Positions 14,177 through 28,489 of a stretch of DNA of 64,000 nucleotides are shown piece after piece. The translations under genes were made by a program, and so were the position numbers. The notes beneath the pieces were generated by a model that made no database searches, had not been told where the DNA came from, and saw nothing but the letters and a program-made list of their open reading frames with translations. This DNA is from Octopus bimaculoides (taxonomy: Eukaryota): the NCBI RefSeq assembly GCF_001194135.2, contig NC_069001.1, forward strand, positions 22,140,269-22,204,268, written 5' to 3'. Positions within the stretch are counted from its first letter, which is position 1; each line of letters starts with the position of its first letter.

Positions 14177-15916
14177 ACCGTGTTGCTAGTGGTGAGTAAG
14201 CGGGAGTGATCGTTGGCCGTTATAGCAGCAGTAGTTAATCGGTTGTAGAATTAGTAGTAGTGTGTGTGTGAGATTGCTTTTGTACTTCTAGGCACAATCT
14301 GATCGTTTAACTACGTCTGCATCATCGTAATATATTTTCAATAATGTAAGAGTTACTTTGACAGTTTATTTCTATTAGTTTTAAAATACAAAACTTTGGA
14401 AGTCATTATATCGTAAAATCTATTTTTCACTTATCAACTGACTCAAGGAAACAATATCTTTCAAAACAGTCTATTGTTATTCTTTCCAGGTAATTATCAC
14501 TAAGCGTTTAAGCCAAATGTCCTTTCAAAACATGGGACATTTATGATATTTCATTTATGACTGATTTTAAATAATATCAAAATTCTTCTTATATGTACAA
14601 GAGGCAAAAGCTTTTGTTTCCCACTCTATAAGTCTCTAAAAGCATTAACCTCATCTGTAGGTATAGAATTTTAAGGAATACTTTTTTCCGTATGTCCTTC
14701 GTTCCTTTGACTAGTTTCTAAGTTTTGCCTTGTGCTTTATTACGTGATATGGAAATTGTTATAGATTCAAAGAATATTTATTTTTAAATCAAGGGTGACG
14801 GAATTTGTATGTTAGACTAGATATATGTGCAAAAACCTATTCGGTATATAGCATCATTCGCATCCTGCTGGAGCAAGCTAGAGAGTGAGACGTCTGAGAT
14901 GTTGCATTAGCTACACCTAGCGTTGGCAATATTATTATCACGTAAATAATGAAATGGGTTGAAGAAATTTCCAAATATATAAACGAGACTTTTCTAGAAA
15001 TTCTTTATAAAACGTACGATTATTACTAAAAATATCTTTATCATATGTTGTGCCTCTCCCATCCCATCTCATTTTAGGTTAATAATTACAGGATAGGTAA
15101 GAAAAAAACAAAACAAAATATTAACCAAGAAACCATTCTTTAGTCGTAGGTTAAACCAAGGGTGTGGACGAAATCCGCCAGACTCACCTTTGTCTGCACA
15201 AGCGTGCACCCGAGCTTGAATTTAATTTTCATATTGCCAATAATACTTGAAGTCTATTGTATCTTTGTGTTGTAAATCTGGGAAAAGTTTGTCACATTTC
15301 AACATTTCAGTGACATTTCACCTTTTCTGTAACGCTCTGCAATCTTATGACATTAAAAAGGAAGCCATCAATACTCAAAGTTCGTGTGGCACCACATTTG
15401 TTCTGCAAGAATACTCCAGCCGGAAATAAGTCCACTGTGTTAAATAATTCAATAAGTCTACAACGAAGGAATAACTTCATAATATACAACTTTATTTAAT
15501 CTTCTAAACTAAATTCCAATATTTTGTTACATTTTCGACCGGACTTCTTATTGCCTCTAGATCGAAACAGGAAAATAATTGTAAAAACAGTGTCTGGTGT
15601 GCAATAGGTCAACAAATAGTTTTTTTTCTTTTTGTATTTTATTTTTATACAACTTTTCTATTATCTTTTTATATATTTTATATTTTAGTTTTAGAATAGC
15701 ATTTTTCCCACTGGTGATGAAAATAAAATTAAAATAAACTTTGAGTATCAGACATCAAAAATATGAGTGAACTGTCCTCAAAACGACGTGCTTTCTTTTA
15801 CGGTAATTCTTACTAACAACGACAACAAGATCATCATCATCATCATCATCATCATCAACTGCAGCAGCAGCAGCAACAGTAACAACAACAGTAACAACAA
15901 CAGTAATAATCACCAC

Positions 15917-15977
<61 letters not shown>

Positions 15978-17479
15978 TGTTTGATTATATCAGTTGTTCT
16001 GAACTAAAACAATGATCTCATCTGAGACGAACCAATTTCAAGAGACCGTTGTTGTCAAGGCTATTGTTTACACAGAAATATTGATGTCCCAAACTTAAAG
16101 TCGGTGTTTTACAAAAAGACGTCCATGAAAGAGACAACACCCCCCGCCGTCGACCCCCATGACCATAAGAACATCTGACAAATCTGCCAACATAGAAACA
16201 CAAGAAAATATCACGTGCAATAAAATGCAAAAACAATAACATTCACAGTAAAAACAATAAAAGAAGTAACACAATCAGATAGAACGCAAAAGTAACAACA
16301 CAATCATCCAAACATCCGAGCTGTAACCGTGATTAGCTTCAGCTTCGTAAATAAAAATATCCCAGTATAACAGAAATAATACAAATGAAAGAATAGGGCT
16401 TTGTGAAAATCGTTTCCAAATTCCTGCTGAACACTAAAAACCTCATTAAGTATTTCGGAGGAAACTGGTGAATTAGAGGGGACAAATGATGTTTAGGGTA
16501 GAATTTTTATGGCCCAGGTGCATACAGATTTACACAACCTCATGAGTGGATTACTTGTACTTCGTCAAGACTATTCTATATAACCATCCTCAATTTCTTT
16601 TCCTAAGAGATATAGCCATTCTCATAATGGAATATGTAAATAAAAGTGATTTATGTTAGGATTCGAGGAAAAGCCACTTGTTCAACAATTTCGAAATACT
16701 TGATATACATATCGGATCTGTCGCAGACAGGAAGAGTGCCATTTTACAACAACAACGTTGGTGTTCTTTGCCGTCATAACGAAGAGAAGTAGAAAAGGAA
16801 AAAGGGTAACATATACTGGCAAACACAACTTTAACGATAGCAGTAGAACCCAAAAGATGTTTCGAGTAAAGCATTGGTAGCAAATTTGATTAAAGCGGAG
16901 GCAATTATCGGTTCTCGGTTCCCCACATTGATGGCCAGGTAGAGCACGGAGAAGAAGAGGGGGGTCTCTTCACAAACATACAGCGAGCCAAATGACATTG
17001 ATGTAATACAATCTTAATTTTCCTGACCTCTCCGTCATTGCCCCAACACTAGGCTATTTACAAGTATCTTTTATTCAATGACTGTTTTTTTCTATTTTTC
17101 ATGTTCCCTTTTCCACCGTACCCTGTGGTTATATTCATTTTATATAACGTGGGACAGCAATGGAATTCCTATGCATCACCACCATCATTTCTTCTAACTT
17201 ATCACTTTCTCTCTGTTTTTCTCTCTCTAATCTTTGACGCTTAATTCCGTCTCCCACCCCTTTTCCAGCATTTATTAAATTACTACAATTTCCATATCAC
17301 CCTTTTACCAATTAACCATTTCTTTTCATTATGCTTTACCCTCTCTCATCATCTCGCATAGTCACTCCCTCTTCCCCCTTTCTCTCTCTTCCTCCCTTTC
17401 TCTTTTATTCTCTTCTATCATCTTTTCAGTTCTGGTGGTATTTTAGGCTTTCCGTCTTGGTGCTACTAACCAAGCACTC

Positions 17480-17615
17480 AGGACACTTTGTAGCGGGATT
17501 GACGTTACGAAGAGCATCCAGCCGTAGAAACCATGTTAAAACAGATGCATAGGAGTACAATACAGTCGGCCTACAAGTCGGATCGTATCGAGCTGTCCAA
17601 TCCAAGCCAGCATAA
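17480..17615 (+). mobile_element. LINE/SINE 3' tail remnant
   Basis: GAGCATCCAGCCGTAGAAACCATG...GTCCAATCCAAGCCAGCAT..AAAGCGGA resembles a cephalopod RTE-type 3' end (recognition only). Confidence 0.45.
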
Positions 17616-17662
17616 AAAGCGGAAATATATGTGTGTGTGTCATATGTATATGTATACAAGTA

Positions 17663-17696
<34 letters not shown>

Positions 17697-20600
17697 NNNN
17701 NNNNNNNNNNNNNNNNNNNNNNNNNNNNNNNNNNNNNNNNNNNNNNNNNNNNNNNNATATATGTGTGTGTGTATGTATGTATGCATGTATGTATGTATGT
17801 ATGTATGTACGTATGTAAGTATGTATGTATGCATTTATATGGTTGCATATGTATTATACGCCGTATATTACTCATCACTGTTCGATCTAATGTAATTATA
17901 TGAAAATGTAAAATTAATATTTGCGGGATCTGAGATCCGAATTTAGAATGACGAAAATATTTAAACTAAGGCATCACCTCCTTCGGTGTTGGTGATGGTG
18001 GCGTTATCGTTAGTGGTGGTGTGGTGTGGAATGACGATGGTGAAAACGTTGACGATGCAAGCAAAGTGCGCAAAATATAGACATATTTTGGTAATGTAAT
18101 TTTCTCTGGTCTAACTTAGTTGATGCTCGGGGCCAATTTTCCGTCCCCCACCCCACTAAATTCACTTGAAAATGACTGTTTTTTCTTTCTTTGCAGTAAT
18201 CAGTAGACTCTGATATATTATGTTGAAATGGGTAATTTTCTTCAATTATTATAACGCAATTTTAATGCAATTAAAATCAAAGAAACTTTTTTCCTGTTTC
18301 TGCGTGTTTGGTGTATGTGTTTACATCAGTGGATAAGTGTAAATATATGAGCTTGTATGGAAGTGTGTATATATATATATGTNNNNNNNNNNATATATAT
18401 ATATATATATGCATAGGTGTGTATGTTCGTGTATTTGTTTGCATTTAGGTATGTTCTCTTCGTAGAGTGACTGAATGAGAAACGCAATCGATATATCATG
18501 AGCAAAAGTGAAATGCATTAATGATTTAGCGTGCATGACTATAGTTTTAGTATAATAATACACAGAGTTTCATGTTTTTTTGTTTGTGCATACTGATATT
18601 TCTTTTGCAGTCCTTCTGTGTCCTTCACATAAACAATAAATAAATAAATAATGAAAGAAAGAAAATATAGGATTTATATACCGGTTTCGAAATGGTTGGC
18701 AGTTGGTATATAAATATATTACATTGAGCTCTTGTTTGTGCGGCTGATCAACCAGACTGTAAGCAGTTTACTAGCCCTGGGATTGTAGTGTCTAAAGAAG
18801 AAAGTACATTGAGAACAACGTAGTTTGTAATATCCGAAACGACGTGATAGTTATGTCTCTTCAGAACTGACTTGTCAATTAACAACAGCAGCGCGTTTTA
18901 AACATAAATAAGTATTGTTGTAAAGTCATTTTTCCCTTAATCTTTGTACAACAAAGAGACAACTGAAGTATAACTTATGGTTCGTATCTATAGCAAATAT
19001 ATTTCCTACTCTGACGAGCAGAGTCATTGTAACTTTAACCCACCATCCTTTCCGACCTACTACACCTTTGATCAAAAGCGATTCACATGTCACCATCAAC
19101 TATCATTTTGTGTAACAGACACTACACTTCCAATATATTTTTCAGGTAGTAAATGAAATCTGACTGTTATATTTAGCAAGTCGATTGGGCGTGTACATAC
19201 TCTTTAATTGGTTCTTTAAAACAAATATTAAACTTGGTAGTGTAAGCCTACAATAACATCATTAGTGTCATAGTATTTAACTTGTATTGTCTACAGATGG
19301 ACAGATTCGCGCTACTTGCACTGACATGTCTTGAATTTTCACACTGTATTTTGTTAGTGAATATGTTTGGCTACTTCTTCCATCCAAGATCATTATAAAG
19401 AATAAGAAATTTACAAAATTATTTGTTTGCAAACTGCTGTTTGTCATCATATATTACATCATAATTATGATGAAATATGTTCTAAGTGCTAAGTTTTCAC
19501 CTGGTAATTCCCAAAGAAATTGAGTTTCTGAGTGACAATCCCAGATGATCAAATCAAAAGAAGCTTGACAAAATATCAATAAAATATCACTGGTTTAAAT
19601 CATATCACTAGTTTTGAACTTATCAATAGGCTTGACAATAAATTATTGCTAAAGTACCCGTTATATGCCCATTTCTGTCACCAGTTTGCTTTGATGGTAA
19701 TACCTTTTCCAATCTGAATCATATCATTTCCCTAAAATTTCGTTTAGGTGTATTTATTTCAGTTATCTTGGTTTCTTCTTGCTTTTATTTTCAGATTTTG
19801 AACAAACGTAAACGTAGTTTTTGTTTCTTATTTCAGAGATACTCGCTGGTAATATTACAGAAAATGTCTACTCCGTATCTAATATACGCCAGACCTTACC
19901 ATATGTATATTTATTCAATGGAACAGGAATGCTCACCTGAAGTATCTCTGTCACTTCTTTGTTGACACTCAGAATTAGTGTTATTAGTTTTCGTCTTTTT
20001 TCACTCTAATGCACTCTATTTCCGCTGCTTTCAATAGTTGGCTCGAGGAAAAAAATCCATTCATGTATACATCACCTTTATTTCCTAAAAATTTCGCTCG
20101 GCTGATATTCTTTGTGTTATTTCCTTTATTTGCTGATTTTAGGTTTTAAACTCCCACAGTGAGAGATTTTGTCTGTTAATTACTGAATTAATCTTAATTA
20201 ATTGTAAGTATTCATCTCATCACATGTATCAGAACCTTGATGCAAATGTTTTTAAAACGTAGAATTCCCACCTCTTGTGGTGTTTTTCTCATCTATATTT
20301 TAAAACTACAGGTTGTCAGTAATTGAAATTACTAACAATTCGTGAAATTAGGAAGTACAGAAGAGCCCTGTATACTTAATACAATACTGTGGTGTTGAAT
20401 GTTTGTACAGATATTCATAGTGATTTACAGAAAATATTCTCAGTCTAGAGATCCTCTCTCCAAATACTTTTAATGCATCGCTTCAGACTGGCCCTGGACG
20501 TTAGTTTTCATTGTGTCATGTGTGTAATATATAATGCTCAGCAAAGTCTGACGCTTTACAATTATAATACATAATTATGTACCAAATATGGATGTCAAAG

Positions 20601-20974
20601 TGAACAGTGAGAGATTCCACAATAAAACAGCAATTTCAGATTATCGGAGTTATCAACAAAATAAATATGTTATGTCATTTTTTTGAGTATTCTATTTATA
20701 ATTTTCCGGTCCGTATACAAATCTAAAGTTTTAAATTTGTGATTATTTGGGGATAAAAAACTTTGATATATAAGTATTACTATTAAGTTGATGGATCTCC
20801 GTTGATTTCGATGATGAGGATTGATTGTTTCAAATAAATATATCGTTCATTGAATATGAAACTGAGTGCCAAGGCATTCCTCAAACACATTTACCTTTAA
20901 AGTAATTCTCGCGTAGAATAAACTAGGTACAATATGACATGGTTAAACATTTGAATTACAGGTACAGTTCATCT

Positions 20975-21137
20975 AACAGGTTTCCGTAGCTTTTGGCGAC
21001 TCAGTGCCATTCAAAAGGTTTGGGTTGATAATAGTAATAAACGATAGTAATAAAAAGCTTTTCCGAGATACCCTTCGGTATGATCGAAACCGGGACTTCG
21101 TACTTGTGAAGCAAATTTCTTAACAATTCAGCTATGC
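20975..21137 (-). mobile_element. Degenerate SINE family A 5' half
   Basis: Alignable by eye to the reverse complement of 9260-9410. Confidence 0.4.
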
Positions 21138-21482
21138 TACATTCATACTATTATTTATCCAACTACCATTTTTCAGTATGTATTAACAATAATAATAATA
21201 CATTACACTAAGTAGAACAAATCAGGAAAAAGTAAATATATCTACAAAGTATTCACAATATGCTGAGTAATTGAATAATACTGTGTTAATTCATAAATAG
21301 TATATGTATTATTTTGTATAAATCACAAGAGTAAGGGAAAAAATGAAAGCATGTTTGAGTATTTTAACACGCAAGGTTAAAAAAATAGTACATACAATGT
21401 TTAGCCATGCTGTAATATATAAACAACTTTGTTAACCACAGTGAGATTAAAATCACAATACTATTTTTACAAACAGTGAGTT

Positions 21483-21678
21483 AGCGAGCTGGTAGATTCG
21501 ATAGCATACTCGGACCAAATGCTTAGCAGTATTTCGTTCATCTTTATGTTCTGAGTTCAAATGCTGCCGAAGCCGCCCTTACTTTTCATCCTCTCGACTT
21601 CGAAGGAATAAGTACCAGTTAAATCGATGTAACCTTCCCCGATATTTCAAGTTTTGTACCTATAGTAGAAAGGACCAT
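21483..21678 (+). mobile_element. SINE family B
   Basis: GCGAGCTGGTAGATTCGATAGC head; TTCTGAGTTCAAAT B-box; AATAAGTACCAGTT. Confidence 0.7.
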
Positions 21679-22611
21679 TAAAAACAGCGTACAATATGCT
21701 TCATATTATACCTCGACGCTTCCTACCACGAAAAAAGAAAACGCTTCATAGTTCATTGTAAATTAAGTAATCCACATTGTGAACGCATATGTAATTATGC
21801 AATTTAGAATAACCAGAGCGCTTAGTCCTATTTTGTATATACTATGAAGAAGATGCTGGGAGAAGATGAGTATCCTTACTCACTTAAAGATACAAAAGCA
21901 TAAGAAACTAGTCAGTGGTTCCGCTTTTTATTGCTACAGACTGATAAGAACCGTGCTGTAAACATTTTGGTTATCATTTTTGGCAGCAAAATGAAAATTC
22001 GAAGTTTATTATAACAAATATCTAGTTCAATACAAAAGTATATTTAAAAGTCGCTGTGTTGTACAACACTTATCAATTCACTTATTTATGTTATCAGCAT
22101 ATGCACTGTTAAGAAAATTACGCAGGCCACTTTCACTGAGACCTACCTATGTAAAACCTAAGAAAGTGATATCCGTAGTTAGAGTTACTATTACATAAAA
22201 ACCAGTAACGTATAGAAATAATGTCACGGAGGAATGGATTCAGCAGAAAATAGCGACAAAATGAATCAGGTAAGTTTTGCTTGCAAAAAAGAAAAAAAAA
22301 TGAAAGACAAGAAAATTACAAAGAAACTTCTTATCTCTGAGTTGAACAGAAACACAATAAGTTTAAAATCTACCTATTTTGTATTTTAGAACTACACAGC
22401 TAGCAAATATAACAAAAATATTTAATCATATGTAAAGCATTTTAGTAAAGTTGATATGAGAAAAAAATGAATGAATTCATGCATACAGCAATAATATAAT
22501 GAAATATATTTATGGCAAATATTGATAGGACATTTAGAAATAAATAGATTCATGCACACACCCATGCACATATAGACAAGCACAAACATTACGTAAAAGC
22601 ACACATATATT

Positions 22612-22705
22612 CTTTCTACTCGGCCCAAAATTTTGGGGGAGAGGGCCAACCGATTAGATCGGCGCCAGCATGCAACTGGTACTTAATTTATCGACCCTGA
22701 AAGAA
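22612..22705 (-). mobile_element. SINE family B-related 3' fragment
   Basis: AACTGGTACTTAATTTATCGACCC is the reverse complement of the family B core. Confidence 0.5.
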
Positions 22706-23029
22706 ATAACAAAGAGAAAAATGACAATAATTTCCGTGCATTACCCTGTAGAATTTTTTGTTAGTCTCAATACACATAAGTAATAATATATATTCTAGGA
22801 CATTGAGAATTATACTAGGAAATTTATTTGGTATTCTTACATCATGTTGGCAATCCACTCCGTAGGTAAATGAAACAGAACCTAAACATGTAAAAATGTA
22901 TTTTAAACTCCGATTACATTCTTGTAGTATTTTTTTATAATTAGGTTCTTTCAATCGACATTCCGATGTCTTATTTCTGTTTCCTATATTGTTTTTGTAA
23001 ATATATCATTATCAACCCTTCTTAAAATT

Positions 23030-23041
23030 ATGCTGCTGCTG

Positions 23042-23077
<36 letters not shown>

Positions 23078-23086
23078 GTAGTAGTG

Positions 23087-23120
<34 letters not shown>

Positions 23121-23382
23121 CAGTATTAGTAGTAGTATTAGTAGTAGTAAGGCAGCAAGCTGGCAGAATCGTAAGCATGCCCGGCGAAAGGCTTAGCCCT
23201 ATTTCGCTCGGCGCTGCATTTTGAATTAAAAATTCCGCCGAGGTCGACTTTGTTTTTCACCCTTTCGGGGACAATTAACTAAGTACTATCTACACAGTGG
23301 GGTCGATGTAATCAGCTTAATCTCTTTCGCCAAATTTGAGGCCTTGTGCTTCCAGTAGAAAGGCTTATTATTATTATCATCA

Positions 23383-23473
<91 letters not shown>
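23030..23473 (+). mobile_element. SINE family B (23149-23363) embedded in compound CTA/GTA/ATT microsatellites
   Basis: AGGCAGCAAGCTGGCAGAATCGTAAGC head; AATTCCGCCGAGGTCGACTTTG; ATT tail. Confidence 0.75.
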
Positions 23474-23474
<1 letters not shown>

Positions 23475-24302
23475 TATAGTAGCATCGTTAACTTAATACT
23501 ATTATCTGTGGTAGCTGTAGAATGCGTTTAATTATAAAAGTAAATGATATATTAATTAAAAATGACAAAAGATAAGAGCAAACATACACTGATCGTTTCA
23601 GTAATTTATTATTCTTCTATTTAGTAGTACGAAAGTAATAACTTGTAGTTGAAATAGGTATGAATTCCTGGCACCAAACATTTTTGTTTCTATTATCCTA
23701 TTGATATTCTAAAGTTGTTCTTACTTTTCTTTATTTTCTTCTTTTTTGTAAATTGTTTTCAATTTTTTTTTGCTTGTGATATTTATACCTACATGTATTA
23801 TATTATTCTTAGTAATATTTATCTTTTTGTAGATTCCACGAAGGAGGAATAAGTATATGCAATTTATAATATTACCTTCAGAGTATTCATAGAACAAGAT
23901 TGGAAATACTACAAAAATTCTATATATCGCTCAATAAGATCTCCACGTAAGTTGATATTGTTAGACTGAGACAAGACAAAAAATATGCCTGGTTACAGAG
24001 AGATAGCTTACTGACTGCTAGCATACTTAATGTAGATAGCCATGATGAGAGGTAAATTCAGGAGGAATGATTAATGCTAATCGGTTCAGAATTTTAATCA
24101 ATTAAAATTATGCAAATAGCGACAAGATGGAAACAATTATATGAAGACCAATAAAATCTAAATCTGACAATATATATATACACACATAATACATACATAC
24201 ATACTTACATACACACATAATACATACATACATACATACATACTTACATACATACATACATACACAAACAGACATATATCAATAAATGTGTGTGTGTTTG
24301 TG

Positions 24303-24630
24303 TGAAGGTGCATGGCTCAGTGGTTAGAGTGAGGTTGTGAGTTCGATTCTCGGACCGGGCTGCGTGTTGTGTTCTTGAGCAAGACACTTTATTTTACATT
24401 GCTCAGCTGTAGAAATGAGATGCGATGTCATTGGTGTCCAGCTGTATCGGCCTTTGCCTTTCTCTTGGATAACATCGGTGGCGTAGAGTGGGGAGGCTGA
24501 TATGCATGGGCAACTGCTGGTCTTCCATAAATAACCTTGCCCGGACTTGTGCCTTGTGCCTTCGAGGGTAACTTTCCAGGTGCAATACCATGGTCATTCA
24601 TGCCCGAAGACGATCACCCTTTCTTACCTT
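24303..24630 (+). mobile_element. tRNA-derived SINE family D
   Basis: A-box TGGCTCAGTGGTTAGAG; B-box GAGTTCGATTCTC; central GTGTTGTGTTCTTGAGCAAGACACTTTA domain. Confidence 0.7.
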
Positions 24631-25049
24631 ATATATATATATATATNNNNNNNNNNNNNNNNNNNNNNNNNNNNNNNNNNNNNNNNNNNNNNNNNNNNNN
24701 NNNNNNNNNNNNNNNNNNNNNNNNNNNNNNNNNNNNNNNNNNNNNNNNNNNNNNNNNNNNNNNNNNNNNNNNNNNNNNNNNNNNNNNNNNNNNNNNNNNN
24801 NNNNNNNNNNNNNNNNNNNNNNNNNNNNNNNNNNNNNNNNNNNNNNNNNNNNNNNNNNNNNNNNNNNNNNNNNNNNNNNNNNNNNNNNNNNNNNNNNNNN
24901 NNNNNNNNNNNNNNNNNNNNNNNNNNNNNNNNNNNNNNNNNNNNNNNNNNNNNTTTATAAAGGTAGAAACTCCGAGTTAAGGTGAAATGTTTTCTATAAT
25001 ATAGATAAATGAATGGAGTTAAACGCAGGTGTTATTCAAATTCTTTTAC

Positions 25050-25136
25050 TTCCGACAAATGTTTCGAAGACAACATTGGTATTATTCCAGAAGGAATAAA
25101 ATGGTGTAAAAAAATGCAATGTTCTCATCATGGGAA
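25050..25136 (-). ncRNA. Hammerhead ribozyme copy with mutated core
   Basis: Minus strand reads CCC-ATGATGA...TCTTC-GAAAC-ATTT-GTC-GGAA; C3 is replaced by A. Confidence 0.6.
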
Positions 25137-25564
25137 GAAAGAAACCAGACACATCAATATGACATTTTAACAGAATGTGATGACTGCGTAGAATGATGAA
25201 GGGAACGCTATTAAGTTTTTCTTTTTAAAAAAAGCGTTAGTAGATAGAACGTCAGAGGTAGCATATAGAAAGAGAAGGAGGAGAAGGAAAGAAATTAGCA
25301 GAAAACTAATAGTGGAGAAATATAGAGCGATGGGTGAATTAAAATAAAGCTTAAAAGCGTGGAATTAGGTATATTTAGTGGAAGTGAAATGTAAGAAGAC
25401 AATCAAAGGTCAAATTATATAGAATGGTAGAAATCACTTATAGGAATTAAAGGTATGTTTTTGGCAATGTTTGCAACGATAAACGCGTTCCCTTCATCAT
25501 TATACGCAGTCATCACATTCTGTTAAAATTTCTTATTGATGTGATGATGTGTTTAGTTTCTTTC

Positions 25565-25651
25565 TTTCCCTGATGAGAAGATTGCATTGTTTTACACCAT
25601 TTTATTCCTTCTGGAATAATACCACTGTTGTCTTCGAAACATATGTCGGAA
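25565..25651 (+). ncRNA. Type I hammerhead ribozyme, intact core
   Basis: TTCC-CTGATGA-GAAGA...TCTTC-GAAAC-ATAT-GTC-GGAA: all core nucleotides present, stems I, II and III pair; predicted cleavage after C25647. Confidence 0.8.
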
Positions 25652-27738
25652 TTATATATATATGCCACAGAACCTATCAATACTAGTAACCATTAAGTAT
25701 TATCCTGCCTTCATAAGGTTAGCTATGAAATAAATCAAGCTATATCAATATATATCATTATCATAAACCATGAAATAAAAACGTGTTCAAGCTCAAGAGA
25801 TTGGAAGACGCTTCAGAATAACAAGACAAAAGAGACACAAAAAGCATATCAAACATACATTCCCATTTTCAGCTGTCTAAAAGATACCGCTATAGTTTCA
25901 ACCCCTAGGTAGTATCAACTAGCGGTATTAACAAAATTTAAGGCGTAAATGCTGCCTGGAAATTCAAAAGATTAGCAGCAGGGGCGAAATATTAGCGTAA
26001 TATACTGTGATCTTTTGGAAGATAACATTTCCTTTTAACTTCAACGGTTTTCTTTCTAGTTTCCTATGAAAAAGGCTTTTCAATGATTAACTCACACACT
26101 TTGCCTTGCACAACCTCTTTTTTATAACTTGAAATCTAGACCTGTCCACTATTACGGAATAGTCAAATCGAAAAGTCATTAGTTTATACCGTGCGAAGAC
26201 GTAACGCATATTATAATAAACTGGAGAGCAGTTCAGTTGATATGCGCTTTGGTAACTTTTATGGATAATCTGCATGGGGCATTTTTAGAAATCATATGCC
26301 TGAAATGAACCTTAAATCGTTTCATTGGGCAAAATAAAATCAGACAATCGATGCTTAATCATAATCGTGTATGACTTTGATTTTGCATTAAACAACATGT
26401 TATTAACTGTTGTACCTACCCTATTATATTCTACTTTGTAAGTTTAAAGAATAAATAGATGTGGATTTTAGAAACTGAATTACTGACAATGCGCCTGAAA
26501 AAAATTACCTGTCCTTGTATTCTGTACCCAAGACGGTCATATAGTTCTGCTTCATTCACTTGCTCCCTTCAACGAATATACAGATGTTTTATAGCTGAAG
26601 AGTCAGCATTAAGTCGACCCTCCATCAGTTACAACAATAGCTTCTCAGAAAGGAGAAAATAATATCTCATCAGTGCAACCACCGGAAAAGGCAGAGGAAA
26701 CAGTAAAAAGGAAACGTTTTAAAAAGAAATATTGTTGGGCATTATTACTAGAGCTCGAGAGTTCAATTCTGTTTCGGGGTATTTTCCTGGCAACATTTAT
26801 AATCGCAGTCCAAAGATCAACTTCAAAATCCAACCCAATCCGATCGAAGATTATTTTCACTCCTATATGTTAACAAAATCTTCACTTAGAATCAAGAGGT
26901 TTGTGAAAAGTGTTTCAGCACTTATTTGCATATCCTTTTTTCTTTAACAATTTAGACCGAAGTTGTCTCTTACTTTTTCAGTTTCTTTTTTTCTCTCTCT
27001 CATTTGTTCTGCAGCATTTTGCTAGATTGAAAGCTTACAAATGTCTATTTGGTACGGCGCAGGATATTTTTCCTTTTGCTATTAACTTTTTTATTTTCAT
27101 TCTTCTGTATATTGCCTGGCTCGTTGATCTTTTCTCATTCCTTTCCTCTCGTATTTCTTCACACTTAACAGAACATTGGAGAAATCTCATAAAAGCAAAA
27201 TTGAAATAAACACATTCACCTGGGAGCAACTATCTTACTAACTAAATAGATAAATAAATAAAGAAGTTATTTCTAAAAATATTCTCTCCTAGAAATGGTT
27301 GGAAATAGATTGCATGATATCTTTGTATTGATAAAAGCTATTTGTTAAAGACTTGGAAAAGTGAAAACAAATATAAAAATAAAGTATAGTGGTACCTAGG
27401 GGGGAAAAGGGAAAAATAAAAGACAAAAACCAACAACTTGCTTTTTATTCTTTTTTCTATATTCTGTAGTCATTACATTTTTTATTAAATTTAATTGGGA
27501 AACAAATTTTATAAGAGTGATCATTATTTTTTTGTTATTATAGTAGTCTAAGAACCGGTTCTGGTGGTGTTGGTGATGATGATTATGACTTTGCAGATGG
27601 GGATAATAAATGTTATGGCGGAGAAGCAACAGTGGTAGGGAGCCATTGTACTGCGGTATTTGGCCAAGACTTGAGGTAAAAAAGCAATTTTGCTTAGCTA
27701 TCTGCTATTTCCACTAATGAATGGTTTATTAGAGGCAC

Positions 27739-28300
<562 letters not shown>

Positions 28301-28452
28301 ATAATTATACTCTTGTGTTTATGAATGACAAAGGAAGGGGTGATGTCATATTTGGTAGTGGGATGATGAAAATTGTACGTTGAAAAAATAAATCAAATAG
28401 CGTTTCAACTCTGTGTGAATATATGTGTGTGTATGTAAAAGGGGGTATGTGA

Positions 28453-28489
<37 letters not shown>

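Larger units (their letters stand above)
25050..25651 (-). mobile_element. Non-coding PLE-derived pseudo-LTR with inverted duplication
   Basis: Arms 25050-25208 and 25485-25651 are inverted copies with about 85-90% identity by eye; 276-bp spacer; each arm carries a hammerhead motif. Confidence 0.7.

Noticed and set aside
14690-14775. Minus-strand SISRNKAQGKT resembling a PIF1/Helitron helicase motif
   Set aside because: The following HGQLYVALSR-type motif is not found; one short match is insufficient
16918-16950. PHIDGQVEH resembling an integrase GQxER motif
   Set aside because: No other integrase, RT or LTR features lie nearby
18680-18850. GAAACCGGTA (minus) and CTAAAGA...GAAACGACGT (plus) hammerhead-like fragments
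   Set aside because: Core and stems are incomplete
22237-22269. Possible first exon MDSAENSDKMNQ with a GTAAGT donor; similar isolated candidates near 19830 and 43100
   Set aside because: No phase-linked neighbouring exons and no recognisable protein
26510-26645. Minus-strand AIVVTDGGST...VNEAEL resembling a VWA domain
   Set aside because: It needs a frameshift and contains a stop, and other VWA motifs are absent
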